Positions 11,218 to 24,348 of a DNA stretch of 64,000 nt are shown here, piece after piece. This DNA comes from Naegleria gruberi (taxonomy: Eukaryota). The translations under genes were made by a program, and so were the position numbers. Position 1 is the first letter of the stretch. Every line of letters begins with the position of its first letter. The notes beneath the pieces were generated by a model that saw only the letters and a program-made list of their open reading frames with translations, was not told the origin of the DNA and did no database searches. Where the stretch lies: NCBI GenBank assembly GCA_000004985.1, contig GG738854.1; one strand, written 5' to 3'.

Positions 11218-12010
11218 ATGGTCTTTGATTAAATTTAAAAATAGACTGCCGTTAATTACTGGAATATTAATATTCAAAGCTTGTTGATCAAGCTATTGAT
11301 TGAAATCAAACCGATTATTGAATATTGATCATTGAATTGGTGAATAATCACTCTTGATAATGCTAGATATTTCATATTGCATGCAAATCAACCTGATTCA
11401 ATCTACAAAGGTTGGTAGTTGCACCACTTCGTGGCGAAACTACCATTCCACGATGAATCAACAAAGAATCACTTCCATTCAACTCAATTTGACCGTTATA
11501 ATCAATAAATCAATGAAATGTTCCTTTATTAGCAATACCTGTTCAATCTAATGAGTATATTCACGTCCCAAACATTTGACTTCTCAAAGTCCATAATACA
11601 AAAGTTAGTTCTGACCTGACCTTTATAAATCTATCAATATAAGAAATGAAACCATCAAATTTACATCATTAATAGATTATAAGAAATATAATCAATGATA
11701 TAAATCTTCATTAAGTAATCTCTTAAATAACCCAAATAAATCAACTCTGAATCCTAACCAAACCCCCCAGTTTCCAGATCACAAAAGTCAAGATACTATA
11801 TATGGTCTTTGATTAAATTTAAAAATAGACTGCCGTTAATTACTGGAATATTAATTCAAAGCTTGTTGATCAAGGTATTGATTCAAATCAAACCGATTAT
11901 TGAATATTGATCATTGAATTGGTGAATAATCACTATCTTGATAATGTTACTTATTCATATTGCATGCAAATCAACCTGATTCAATCTACAAAGGTTGGTA
12001 GTTGCGAAAC
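11218..12010. repeat. Tandem repeat of about 585 bp (1.35 copies; second copy carries internal deletions)
   Basis: atggtctttgattaaatttaaaaatagactgccgttaattactggaatattaat...ggtgaataatcact...gcatgcaaatcaacctgattcaatctacaaaggttggtagttgc... begins both at 11218 and at 11803. Copy 1 contains the hairpin tggtagttgcaccacttcgtggcgaaactacca. The motif atctcttaaataacccaaataaatcaactctgaatcctaacca at 11720-11762 also occurs at 956-1000 and 13524-13568. Confidence 0.8.
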
Positions 12011-12568
12011 TACCCATCCACGATCAATCAACATTAGATTCACTGACCGGACCTTTAAATATCTATCAATATAAGAAATGAAACCATCAAATTTACATCA
12101 TTTATAGATGATAAGAATTATAATCAATGATATCAATCTTCACTAAGTAATCTGTTATAGGCGAAAAAAAACTGCCTGACAAACCATGCAAAAAAAACTG
12201 TTCGCATAATTAAGCTATGCGAAAAATATCTTTGGACATACCGATCCTTAGTTATAATCAATCAACAAGAACTTGGAAAAATAGTTCAAAAATATTGACA
12301 ACAAGTAAGTCCATCACGACTCTGTTGATTCTTGGAGTAGTTTCACATCTATTAATTTTAAGAATTTCACCACATCATCTCATCATCATTTAAATAGTAG
12401 TATTAATAGTAATTTTTGGAATTTAATTGTTCATCATGATTTGGAAATAATTTTATTATTTGGAAAAATTCAAGTTGGTACATCATCATCGGAACAACTA
12501 CCAACCATCATCATTGTTATTTACCATCATTATAATAGTAATATTTGTGGAAATAAATCTGATAATAA

Positions 12569-15500
12569 TAATATTTTAGTGAAATTCAATATTTTCACTA
12601 AAATCATCATCACCGCCAGATTTATATGATAATTTGGAAAACTTTCAATCTAGTATTGTTCAGCATGGTCGATTCCATCAGGTAAAATTACTTCCGAATA
12701 TTTTCCTATTGGTTATCATGATGATAGGTTCATGTATATTTTCAACATGTACATATACCATATCTCAACATGTACTTCACCAACTTGAAAAATGTCTTTC
12801 ATCACTACTATTCAAATAGATAATAAACAATATATTTATTATCAGATTTTTATCATTTTGTGTTTTTGCCAATTTCGGGTTATTCATGGTCACCAATCAT
12901 GATCCATGCCAAAAGTACACAGCCAATCATCTTGAAACATTAATAAACTTTTATTAGTATTATTGTAGGTGTACTATATAAATTATTTCGTCTTGTTTCG
13001 TTGAAATCATGAAGATTTGGATTTTTCTGTTTTTCATTAAATTTCACATCACCTACACCATATTTGTTGATGTAAACTAGACTAGTTACATGTACATAAT
13101 CAATGGTTGATTCTCTAATCATGTTTTAGTGTTGTTTTGTGTATTTAGGATTTTGAAATCTTGCGAATTATCCTGAGGTTATTCTTCATATAAATATGAT
13201 TCCTCACTTCATGATATGAGGAGGGATTGATATCATGATTATTTGGAAGTGTTGTACAAATTTTGGACACTATCTTAATTGAAATCAGGTAGAAAGAGTC
13301 CAATCTTTAACACCATATAAAATATGACTTGTGGCGATGGTTTTGACCTTGTTGTTCATACCTCCAACATTGGAAAAGTAGAATGATAAACACCTTTTCT
13401 CATCATATTCAATATTTATGGAAGTTATGACCATAAGGATAAATTTCGCATGACCCAAGCATGCAGATTTTATTCGCCTAGATAAATTTCGCCTAAATTT
13501 TAGGCGAAATAAATCGCCTAGAACATAATCTCTTAAATAACCCAAATAAATCAACTCTGAATCCTAACCAACCCCAAGCTCTCGCAGTATATGTTAGTAA
13601 CTGCTACAAAAATTCATCATGGTACAATCGTCCCACTGACTCCTTCATCAAAAACAAAAAATACACTTCTGCTTACCAAAGGCAACAGCTGTCCCAACCA
13701 CTTAGCCCGAACCAAACGTCCAAACACTGAACAGAACTAGATGGTTGAACAGCTAGTCTCTTATATCATAACGAAGTAGATGTTGAAAAAGTTGGTTATC
13801 TTTGAAATTCAATTGATCTTAATGATGTTTAAGGAAATAAGGTTAATTGTTCGATTTAAGGTGAAAGAAATGAAATAAAAAGAAAAAACAAGAATTTTAT
13901 TATTTTAATATCATTGTGTAATGTTCACAATGAGTTTGATAATTTTTGAATCACTCTTGAAGGAGTGAATCATAAATAAAAGGTGTAAGTTTATTAATGT
14001 CTCTTGTATCAATAACGACCTGAGAGACCACACTTTTTCGGCATTTAAGGACTCTGTGCAACATTTGAATGATTTGGGTTAAGATTGAGTGCCGTTGAGT
14101 GAGTGTGCCTAAAGTAGGCGGATTGGAATTTTGAGTTTTTGATAAAAGGTTGTCGGGAGGGACGGTTGTACCACATAGTGTTTTTGTAACAATTTTCTAA
14201 ATAAATGGCGAATGCCTTGTAAATTTCTAGAGCTACAGCCTTAGGAAGTCTTTTGTTCTTTGACCATAAGAGCCAGTCGCTGCGAGAGCAGCTTCCGTTA
14301 AAATCAATAATAAGGCAGTTCCTCACTTTGTCTGAAGGGAGACGAATCGGATCGAGGTTAAATTTGGAGGAAATATTGTCCCAAGTAGCATACAGTTCCT
14401 GTTTTTCATGGTTGCTTTTAGAGCACGATGAGAAAACGTGTGTCCAGTCTTCGGCAGTTTGACATGAATCACAGGTTGTATTGTTATCTAGAATAATAGC
14501 GTGGTGAAGGTTTAGGAAAAGGAGTCTTTGTTGATAGTAGGAGAGATGGAAATTTCTCCAAAAGGAAACAGTTGAAAGGTGCCAATTAAGATTTGAATCT
14601 AACTGGCCCAACTCTGAGATGGTTTTTTTGGATCTTTTGAGTTCAAGAATATCGTTTCGTAAGTTGGTGATGGGTTTGTGTGACGATCTGTCACAAAGAA
14701 CCCATCCACTCTCTGTTGGATTGAAGTATGCATTGAGTTTGTTGATATTTAAGGCTGCATTTGTCCAGAGAGAGTCTGTAGATTTGCCTCGGAGAGCTTT
14801 TTGAATCGAGGCCCTTGCAATGTTGCGGGTGATTGTGGATGAGGAGTTCACAAATCTACAGACCGATGCTGTGCATTCAATGTCTAACACATCTACAGGA
14901 GACGTGACTAGAAATCTCTCTCCAAGCCAAAACACAAAATAATGAAAAACTGATATTAAATATGGTCTAACACATCTACAGGAGACGTGGCTAGAAATCT
15001 CTCTCCAAGCCAAAACACAAAATAATGAAAAACTGATATTAAATATGGTGTTTATTAGTGATTTAAACAATAGTACTAGAAGAAAAGTATCCAAGTTGGT
15101 GAAGTACATGTTGAGTTATGGTCCATGTACTTTTTTGAAAATTCACATGTACCTATCCCTATCAAAACTTGATGAAAATCCACCGTTCAAATTTACTATG
15201 CTACTATTGACCATTTCCAACAATCCTACATTAATAGTTTTCCAATCTTTCCAATGGATTCAACAGTGATGATGATTTTAGTAAAATGTTGAGTTTCACC
15301 AAAATAAAGATATTTCCAAGACATAGAAATCACCCATACTATTCTACTATATTAAATATATCTATGATGACGGTTGGTGAGTGTTCCGATGATGGTTTAC
15401 CAACTTGAAAAATTATAATCCAAAAATTGATTTACTATTTTATGATGAAAGTCCAATAATAAAAATTACTACTATTACTACTATTTAGATGATGTTGAGA

Positions 15501-15624
15501 TGATGATGTGAAAGTTTGGCAGCTTACGGATGTGAAACCACTCGAAGAATCATCAAAGTACATCACGTACTAGATGTTGAAATATTTTTTCACATATTCT
15601 TAACTGAACAAACAAACCTTGCTT
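12569..15624. repeat. Segmental duplication copy B (same block as 1-3056)
   Basis: Same ORF set as 1-3056 shifted by 12568 (66/12634, 1477/14045, 2477/15045). The sequence runs upstream into the left inverted arm at 12290-12568. Confidence 0.85.
14045..14878 (-). mobile_element. Second copy of the LINE-like 3' fragment, inside duplication copy B
   Basis: Identical 354-aa minus-strand ORF (14045-15109) with the same zf-RVT-like motif. Confidence 0.4.
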
Positions 15625-15991
15625 CAAAAAATCAACCAAACTCTCGTAATACCTTGCTTGGTTTTCGTTCCAACAATTCAAGCCAAACAACACAAGAGAA
15701 TCTATTTAATATAATTGGAAAATTCAATTGTATAAATGTATCATTCAATTTATCGGTGTTACTAAGGTTGTGCATTTTCCATTTTGGTTTACCGTCATCA
15801 GTATTAAGCGGATGCTCTTCTCCCGTCTTTAGTAAGAAACTGAGTGTTCTCCGTCTCATCCGTCCCCCGTTTCACCGTCACTTAGTACCATCTCTACAGG
15901 ATTTCTTGTAGCTCCTTTTTCAACAGAAAAAAAGAATTATTTAATAAGTTGTGCTCATTGTTGTAAGAATCATTCCTCATCTGAAACAATA

Positions 15992-16206
15992 ATGACATTG
16001 AAAAAAGTATATGGAAGCTTTAATCAAACTAAGGATATCGAAAAAACACAACAGTATTGTTTTGAATGTCAAATTGAAGCAGTGGGAGATTATGAAAAGA
16101 TATCTGAAAGCGGGATTGCAGAAGACTGGGCCATCCTCTCATTTGAAAACTATATGGAGTATGGTTCTCCAAACTATTTAATACCATCCCCATCTCAGGT
16201 ATAAAG
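15992..16206 (+). other. Possible 5' gene fragment running into the N-gap (unresolved)
   Basis: The ORF MTLKKVYGSFNQTKDIEKTQQYCFECQIEAV...SPNYLIPSPSQV is open to the gap at 16207. It has no identifiable domain and lies in the unique sequence distal to duplication copy B. Confidence 0.2.
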
Positions 16207-17601
16207 NNNNNNNNNNNNNNNNNNNNNNNNNNNNNNNNNNNNNNNNNNNNNNNNNNNNNNNNNNNNNNNNNNNNNNNNNNNNNNNNNNNNNNNNNNNNNN
16301 NNNNNNNNNNNNNNNNNNNNNNNNNNNNNNNNNNNNNNNNNNNNNNNNNNNNNNNNNNNNNNNNNNNNNNNNNNNNNNNNNNNNNNNNNNNNNNNNNNNN
16401 NNNNNNNNNNNNNNNNNNNNNNNNNNNNNNNNNNNNNNNNNNNNNNNNNNNNNNNNNNNNNNNNNNNNNNNNNNNNNNNNNNNNNNNNNNNNNNNNNNNN
16501 NNNNNNNNNNNNNNNNNNNNNNNNNNNNNNNNNNNNNNNNNNNNNNNNNNNNNNNNNNNNNNNNNNNNNNNNNNNNNNNNNNNNNNNNNNNNNNNNNNNN
16601 NNNNNNNNNNNNNNNNNNNNNNNNNNNNNNNNNNNNNNNNNNNNNNNNNNNNNNNNNNNNNNNNNNNNNNNNNNNNNNNNNNNNNNNNNNNNNNNNNNNN
16701 NNNNNNNNNNNNNNNNNNNNNNNNNNNNNNNNNNNNNNNNNNNNNNNNNNNNNNNNNNNNNNNNNNNNNNNNNNNNNNNNNNNNNNNNNNNNNNNNNNNN
16801 NNNNNNNNNNNNNNNNNNNNNNNNNNNNNNNNNNNNNNNNNNNNNNNNNNNNNNNNNNNNNNNNNNNNNNNNNNNNNNNNNNNNNNNNNNNNNNNNNNNN
16901 NNNNNNNNNNNNNNNNNNNNNNNNNNNNNNNNNNNNNNNNNNNNNNNNNNNNNNNNNNNNNNNNNNNNNNNNNNNNNNNNNNNNNNNNNNNNNNNNNNNN
17001 NNNNNNNNNNNNNNNNNNNNNNNNNNNNNNNNNNNNNNNNNNNNNNNNNNNNNNNNNNNNNNNNNNNNNNNNNNNNNNNNNNNNNNNNNNNNNNNNNNNN
17101 NNNNNNNNNNNNNNNNNNNNNNNNNNNNNNNNNNNNNNNNNNNNNNNNNNNNNNNNNNNNNNNNNNNNNNNNNNNNNNNNNNNNNNNNNNNNNNNNNNNN
17201 NNNNNNNNNNNNNNNNNNNNNNNNNNNNNNNNNNNNNNNNNNNNNNNNNNNNNNNNNNNNNNNNNNNNNNNNNNNNNNNNNNNNNNNNNNNNNNNNNNNN
17301 NNNNNNNNNNNNNNNNNNNNNNNNNNNNNNNNNNNNNNNNNNNNNNNNNNNNNNNNNNNNNNNNNNNNNNNNNNNNNNNNNNNNNNNNNNNNNNNNNNNN
17401 NNNNNNNNNNNNNNNNNNNNNNNNNNNNNNNNNNNNNNNNNNNNNNNNNNNNNNNNNNNNNNNNNNNNNNNNNNNNNNNNNNNNNNNNNNNNNNNNNNNN
17501 NNNNNNNNNNNNNNNNNNNNNNNNNNNNNNNNNNNNNNNNNNNNNNNNNNNNNNNNNNNNNNNNNNNNNNNNNNNNNNNNNNNNNNNNNNNNNNNNNNNN
17601 N

Positions 17602-18074
17602 AACCCAAACCCAAACCCAAACCCAAGGGCAAACCCAAACCCAAACCCAAACCCAAAGCCAAACCCAAACCCAAACCCAAACCCAAACCCAAACCCAAAC
17701 CCAAACCCAAACCCAAACCCAAACCCAAACCCAAACCCAAACCCAAACCCAAACCCAAACCCAAACCCAAACCCAAACCCAAACCCAAACCCAAACCCAA
17801 ACCCAAACCCAAACCCAAACCCAAACCCAAACCCAACCCAAACCCAAACCCAAACCCAAACCCAAACCCAAACCCAAACCCAAACCCAAACCCAAACCCA
17901 AACCCAAACCCAAACCCAACCCAAACCCAAACCCAAACCCAAACCCAAACCCAAACCCAAACCCAAACCCAAACCCAAACCCAAACCCAAACCCAAACCC
18001 AAACCCAAACCCAAACCCAAACCCAAACCCAAACCCAAACCCAAACCCAACCCACCCAAACCCAACCCAAACCC
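17602..18074. repeat. Telomeric repeat tract (CCCAAA)n joined directly to coding sequence
   Basis: About 78 units of CCCAAA with sparse variants (cccaagggc, cccaaagcc, cccaaccca). It is preceded by the N-gap 16207-17601 and is followed immediately at 18075 by in-frame NHL-repeat coding sequence (t caa tta tat aat cct tat gga gtt gcc...). Confidence 0.9.
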
Positions 18075-21000
18075 TCAATTATATAATCCTTATGGAGTTG
18101 CCATCAGTTCAAGTGATGAAATTTATATTGCTGATACAAACAATCATAGAATTCGTAAAATCACAACATCTGGTATTATTTCAACAATTGCTGGAACTGG
18201 AACAGCAGGATATAATGGTGATGGTTCATCTGCAACAAGTGCTAAATTATATTTTCCTTATGGAGTTGCCATCAGTTCAAGTGATGAAATTTATATTGCT
18301 GATATGGATATGTTCAATAATAGAATTCGTAAAATCACAACATCTGGTATTATTTCAACAATTGCTGGCGGTATAGGCGATGGACTATCAGCAACTACAG
18401 CTTACATTAATGCCATTACGTTCGAATTTTCCTCAAGTGGTGAAATTTATATTGCTGATACAAACAATCATAGAATTCGTAAAATCACAACATCTGGTAT
18501 CATTTTAACAATTGCTGGAACTGGAACACAAGGATATAGTGGTGATGGTTCATCTGCAACAAGTGCTCAATTAAATTCTCCTTATGGAGTTGCCATCAGT
18601 TCAAGAGGTGAAATTTATATTGCTGATACAAACAATAACAGAATTCGTAAAATCACAACATCTGGCATTATTTCAACAATTGCTGGAACTGGAACATCAC
18701 GGCTATAGTGGTGATGGTTCATCTGCAACAAGTGCTCAATTATATAATCCTTATGGAGTTGCCATCAGTTCAAGTGATGAAATTTATGTTGCTGATTACA
18801 ATAATAACAGAATTCGTAAAATCACAACATCTGGCATTATTTCAACAATTGCTGGAACTGGAACATCCGGCTATAGTGGTGATGGTTCATCTGCAATAAG
18901 TGCTCAATTATATAATCCTTATGGAGTTGCCATCAGTTCAAGTGATGAAATTTATATTACTGATACAAACAATAACAGAATCAGAAAACTTAGTCCTTGG
19001 TGCACTGGAAATGCCATTCTTTTAGATGGATCTTGTGAGTATCCATGTTTTGGAACTACAAACAAAATTCCAGCTGTTGTATGCTCTGGAAAAGGTTCAT
19101 GTATTGGCTATAATCAATGCAATTGCACAGCTGATTACTTTGGTTACAAATGTGATGAATTTTATTGCTATGAGTTGTTGAGAAATCACTCTGGTGTTTG
19201 TTCATCCCAAGGTATTTGTACTTCTCCCAATGAGTGCTCTTGTTCATCCGGTTATTATGGGGAAAATTGCCAATACTTTTATTGCCACTCTATTCCGTTC
19301 AACTCTTCTACAGTATGTTCGTCAGTAGGAACTTGTATTGGATTGAATAATTGCTCGTGTAATCCAGGATATTCAGGGTCGTATTGCCAAGACTTTACTT
19401 GTTATGGTGTTAGTTCTAAAAACACTACCGTATGTTCTTCTCATGGCACGTGTACATCTCTAAATAATTGCTCTTGCGTTACTGGTTATTATGGAAATAA
19501 TTGCGAGAATTTTGAATGTTTCGATATTCTTTTCACTAATTCTACAGTTTGTTCTAGCAGAGGAAAATGTTTCTCTCCTAACAATTGTACATGTGATTCT
19601 GGATATTATGGATCTAATTGTGAAATGTATGATTGTTATGGATTGTCCAAAAACAGTTCTAATGTATGTTCAGGGCATGGAAGTTGTACTTCATTCAATA
19701 ATTGTACATGTAGAGATGGTTACTTTGATTCTAAATGTGAGTCATTTAATTGTGCCGGAGAGAAATTCACTGGTCAAAGTCTTTGTCAAAATAATGGAAC
19801 TTGTTCTGGCCCTGGAAATTGTGTTTGTCCATATAAGTTTGGAGGAGCAAGATGTGAATATTTTAAATGTTTTTCAGTGACAGCCAACGAACCAAAAGTA
19901 TGCGGAGGACATGGTACATGTCTCAACTATAACAATTGTTCTTGCTCAGAAAAGTGGTTTGGAGAAGATTGTTCAGTTACTAATTGTTTTAATATAACAT
20001 CAAATTCTAGTTCTGTATGTGGTGCTAGAGGAAATTGTAGTGATTATGACAGGTGTACTTGTAATAATGGTTATATTGGTAGAGAATGTGAACATATTGT
20101 TTGTTATGACAGGATTGAAAGTGATAGAATGGTTTGCTCTGGAAATGGTAAATGTATATCACCAAATAATTGTACATGTGAAAGTGGTTTTGTTGGAAAT
20201 GAATGTCAATATCATGAAATTTATTTGAACACATCATCTGCAATGATATTTTCTTTCCATGATAGTCTAATGAAAATGTTGCCAAATGGCAGTGAAATAT
20301 TTTCATGTAATGATATTTTTGAAGAATCTGAACTAATGAAATTTGGCGAAAATTCTATTTTATGTCAATGGAGAAAGAAATCAATGCAAATTTATCTTGG
20401 TTTTGATTACACAATTCAACATTACTCGGTTATTCAAACCAAATTTAATTTTTCAATGATTGTGAACAGTTTAACCAATAATGATGTTTCTTCTTCCAGT
20501 TGTACATTTGGATACTCATTAACAGAAGCATCACCAATGTTAGATTTAGTAATACGTTTGAATTGTGATGATACTTTACATGGATTCACGAAAATGACAA
20601 GTAGATGGATATGTAGTCAATGTAGTGGCGTTATTTCATCATTGTTAAACAAATATTCCAATAGAACATTTATTCATATTCCAATTTCATATACAAACAG
20701 TTTAAACCCTATTCAAGGATATAAGATTATTAATTTACAAGCTCTTTATTCATCTGGAGTGACTAGTGAAAAATCAATAAGTAAGGAAGTGAAGATACAA
20801 ACCTATACAAAATCATTACCCCCTAGTTATTACTGGTTAAGTGATAATTTTGACGGAAAGGCATATTCCTGTATTGGTCATAATTGTATTTTAGAAACTT
20901 CATTGAATAGTTTAAATTCTTCAATTTCATATTCATTTTCTGGCTTTTTCAGTTTATTGAATACTGATTTATATTCCAAACAAATGGTTAGAATGATTAA

Positions 21001-24000
21001 TGAATATTCAGGAGGAGTTTTAGACAGTGAATTTAATTCTAATATGCAAGTTTTTGGAGTTCAATTGAAAACATATGTTTTCTTACCTTTTACTATTGAC
21101 TCTTTTAAATATTCTACATTTAAAAATTTGGATTTCGTAATGACAGGTGTTAATAGAACCTATTCTATCAACTCTGATGAAACAATACGTATTGAGCTAA
21201 TGATTGATGATCCTTATATTTCCAAATATACTTTAAGTGATTATATGGAGTTTTCTTGGCAATGTTTCAAAGTTTCACCTTTCAACAAATCTCAACATTT
21301 AAGTGATAACTTGTGCTCTTCTACTAAATCTTATCTTGAACAAATAGATATTAAGCAAATAATGTCTTCAAAAGAAGGTTCTTATTATATTACTGCTTTA
21401 ATATCCTCCAATAAGTATTTTATAACAACAGTTTATCATTATGAAGGTTATATTGAGTTCTTAGATATTTCAAAGCTCTCTCCAAAAATAACTACAGATT
21501 ATATACCAGCAATTACACCTTCCCATAAGAATATTTATATGAGAAATGTAGTGAAATCTTCAACAATGGTTTCATTTATATGGAAACTCAAACAAGGATA
21601 TTTAAATAATATTGATAATAATATTGAAGAATTTCTTCAAGATAATACAATTTACAGAACTATAATGGAAAATGATATTGAAATAATTTTAAAAATTGAT
21701 AACAAACATTTAATTGAAGGAGAGGTATACGAATTTGAATTGTCAACTACCAATTCAAACGGAATTACCACTATATCCATTTCAACTAGAATTGATTATA
21801 GTCCAAGATTATCCTGTGATGTAGAAAATTTGAAACATGATGTTAATTTTACAAGTTTTGAAACTTTGATAGGTATTAACTGCTTGAAATTACCATATGA
21901 AAGTATTTCAAGTTTTGTAATGGAATTTCATTCAAACAACGAAAGATTAGGTGTAATATCCAATACACCAAAGAAATCTTTGATAACAAAGCTACCGTAC
22001 CCATATTCTAAAGATGGTAGAATTGCTCTTGTCGTAAAACTTCAAAACTTATATGGTTCTATTGGAATTTTTAGAAAAAATATTAAGATTGAATTACCTA
22101 GTTATTTGTTAAATGACAATTCTATCCTATCAAGATTTAATTATATTTCAGATCAATTCCAAATTCTTAAAAATTCTAAACCACTCAAGATGGAAATTTC
22201 CAGTGAAATGAATAGTTTACTCACCCTCTTAATTCAAAATGAAACTCTTTCAACATTATCAGACAGCATTTTGAAAGAATTTAATCCAATGAAAATAAGT
22301 TCATTTAATTCAATGCTTGGTGATATGTTGAAAATAACAAAGAGTTTATGGGATATTACTTACAAAGTTGATGAAAGAGTTATTCAATTAACTTTACCAA
22401 TAATTTACAAGATTTCTAACATTTTAAAAACAACAATTAGTGATACTTCATCATTATCAACATTTAGTATTGAATTAGAAGCTTTTTTGGAATTAATTTA
22501 TTCAGGAATGAAGAAAGCACTTAATTATTATCCAACTTTCATTTATAATGATTTACTTGATAATTATCATTTAGAAGAAATTAAATCATTGCAAAATATT
22601 CTTGCAAATATCCATCAAAATAATTTAGATGAACAATATAAGATCCATAAATTTGCTTTAGAATATTTCAAGTTAACAGGGAATAATGGCGACAATTCAA
22701 GTTTTGTCGAAGATTTAGAATATTCATCTTTATTGAATGAGAAATCAATTTCACTCACAGTTTCCAACTTTAAAGTTGATATCAAATTGCCTAGTGACTT
22801 TTCTAGTCAAATTTCTCTAACTTCCAAATCTAAACTATTCTATTCTATTAGATCATTTAATTCTCCAACTAGACAGGAAACAACACTCCTGCAAAACAAA
22901 CCAATTGTAGATCTATCTCTGTTAGATACATCATACAATACAATCACAGTGAAAAATATTAATCCACCAATAATATTCAAATTTCAAGGCTTAATTACAA
23001 ACAACAAAACTGGTATTAACACTACTTGTGTTTTTTATGATACTACCTTAAAGATATGGTCAACTAGTGGACTTGAGACCTTAACAACAATTAACAAAAG
23101 AACAGATGACTATATTTACTTTGATATGGAATGTAGATCTAATCATTTATCAGTGTTTTCCATCCAAGAAATTAATTATAACTCTCCAATTGTGCAAACA
23201 TCTGGTTTATCATCTACAAGATCCGTTTCTAGTAATGATTCTATATTAATTATCATCTTATCTACAGTGTTGCCTATTACTTTTTTGATATTTGCTTTCA
23301 GTATTATTCTAATTGTCTTTATTATACTTTTATTTAGAAGCAAGCAAAAGAAAGCAAATGAACTTGCGAAAACTAATGCTAATAATATTGAACTTGAAGG
23401 TTTTTCGAGTACTGATTTCCCGACAGAAGGAAGTATGTTTATCCAACCTCTCATGAGCATTTCTTCAAATGGAACTACTAGCGAAGCTTTCAATCCTCTC
23501 TCTAGATATTCCAACTTGATAAGAATTGGTCAAGGAGCTTTCGGATCAGTCTTTAAGGCCTTTGATAGTAAAACAAATTCGGTGAAAGCTATCAAAGTCA
23601 TTAAATATTCTTCCATGGAAGAATTGAATAATTTTATGAAAGAAGGAACTCAATTAATGAATGTCAATCATCCCTATATTTTACGGGTGAATGAATTCTT
23701 TGTTAGTAAGGACCAATTACTTTGTATTGATATGGACTTTTATGAGCTGGGAGATTTAGTTAAGTTAACAAATATTGATTTTGATTGTTCTGAAAAATTG
23801 ATCAAACAAATAATTTATCAAATGTGTCAAGCTCTTGATTATATTCACTGTACTATGAAAATAATTCATAGAGATATCAAACCATCCAATGTTTTTGTGA
23901 AAAGCTTGGAAAAAGATAATATCCACATAATTGTGGCAGATTTTGGGTTAGCTAAATCTAATATTGGATCGACAAATAATTCCTATGCTGGTACTCCTAT

Positions 24001-24348
24001 ATTTATGGTAAGTTTTTTGTACATTTAACATTTTATTCATTTGAAAAGTCCCCTGAGCTTGGTTTGGGTGGAAAGTACTATTACAACACTGATATTTATA
24101 GTTTAGGAGTTACAATCTATCAAATCATGACAAAAGATACCTTTACATCCATAAGTCAATTATACCTAGGTAAAGACCAAACAGATGTAACCAAATTATT
24201 GTATAAAAAGTTACAAGAAAGTGGTCAATATTCTTCAAAACTTGTAGAATTGGTAGTATTAATGTTAACCAAAGATAACTTGATTAGACCACAAGCTCAA
24301 GATATTTTGGAGGATTATTATTTTGATGATTTGAAAAAGAAACAATAA
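18075..24348 (+). CDS. Receptor-type Ser/Thr protein kinase: NHL repeats + about 13 tenascin-type EGF repeats + transmembrane segment + kinase. N-terminally truncated by the telomere; 2 exons
   Basis: Exon 1 is 18076-24007 and exon 2 is 24049-24348. The intron at 24008-24048 starts gtaagt, ends aaaag, and is 41 bp. Splicing joins GTPIFM to [21 protein letters not shown], which is the APE region of the kinase. Kinase motifs present are [21 protein letters not shown] and DFGLAK. The EGF repeats follow CxGxSxxxxVCSxxGxCxxxNxCxCxxGYxGxxCExF. The transmembrane segment is [32 protein letters not shown] 1-bp insertion at about 18697 (acatcacggctatag vs acatccggctatag in the other copies) shifts the frame between NHL repeats. 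This may be a sequencing error or a true disruption. Confidence 0.8.

Noticed and set aside
7601-11287. ORFs of 1228 aa and 1174 aa, and the 600-700 aa ORFs at 16029-18078
   Set aside because: They consist almost entirely of X from the N-gaps. They are an artifact of translating through unknown sequence.
18584-18700. N-terminus [11 protein letters not shown]... of the 1814-aa ORF as the real start of the receptor kinase
   Set aside because: That segment is NHL-repeat DNA read in the wrong frame. The correct frame (18076-18697) carries NHL blades and is offset by a 1-bp indel.
17602-24348. Ciliate macronuclear chromosome (telomere added inside a gene, TTTGGG-type repeat as in Paramecium)
   Set aside because: Long uninterrupted ORFs under the standard code (e.g. 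3490 codons) are incompatible with ciliate TAA/TAG=Gln usage. The introns of 41-138 bp are also longer than Paramecium or Stentor introns.
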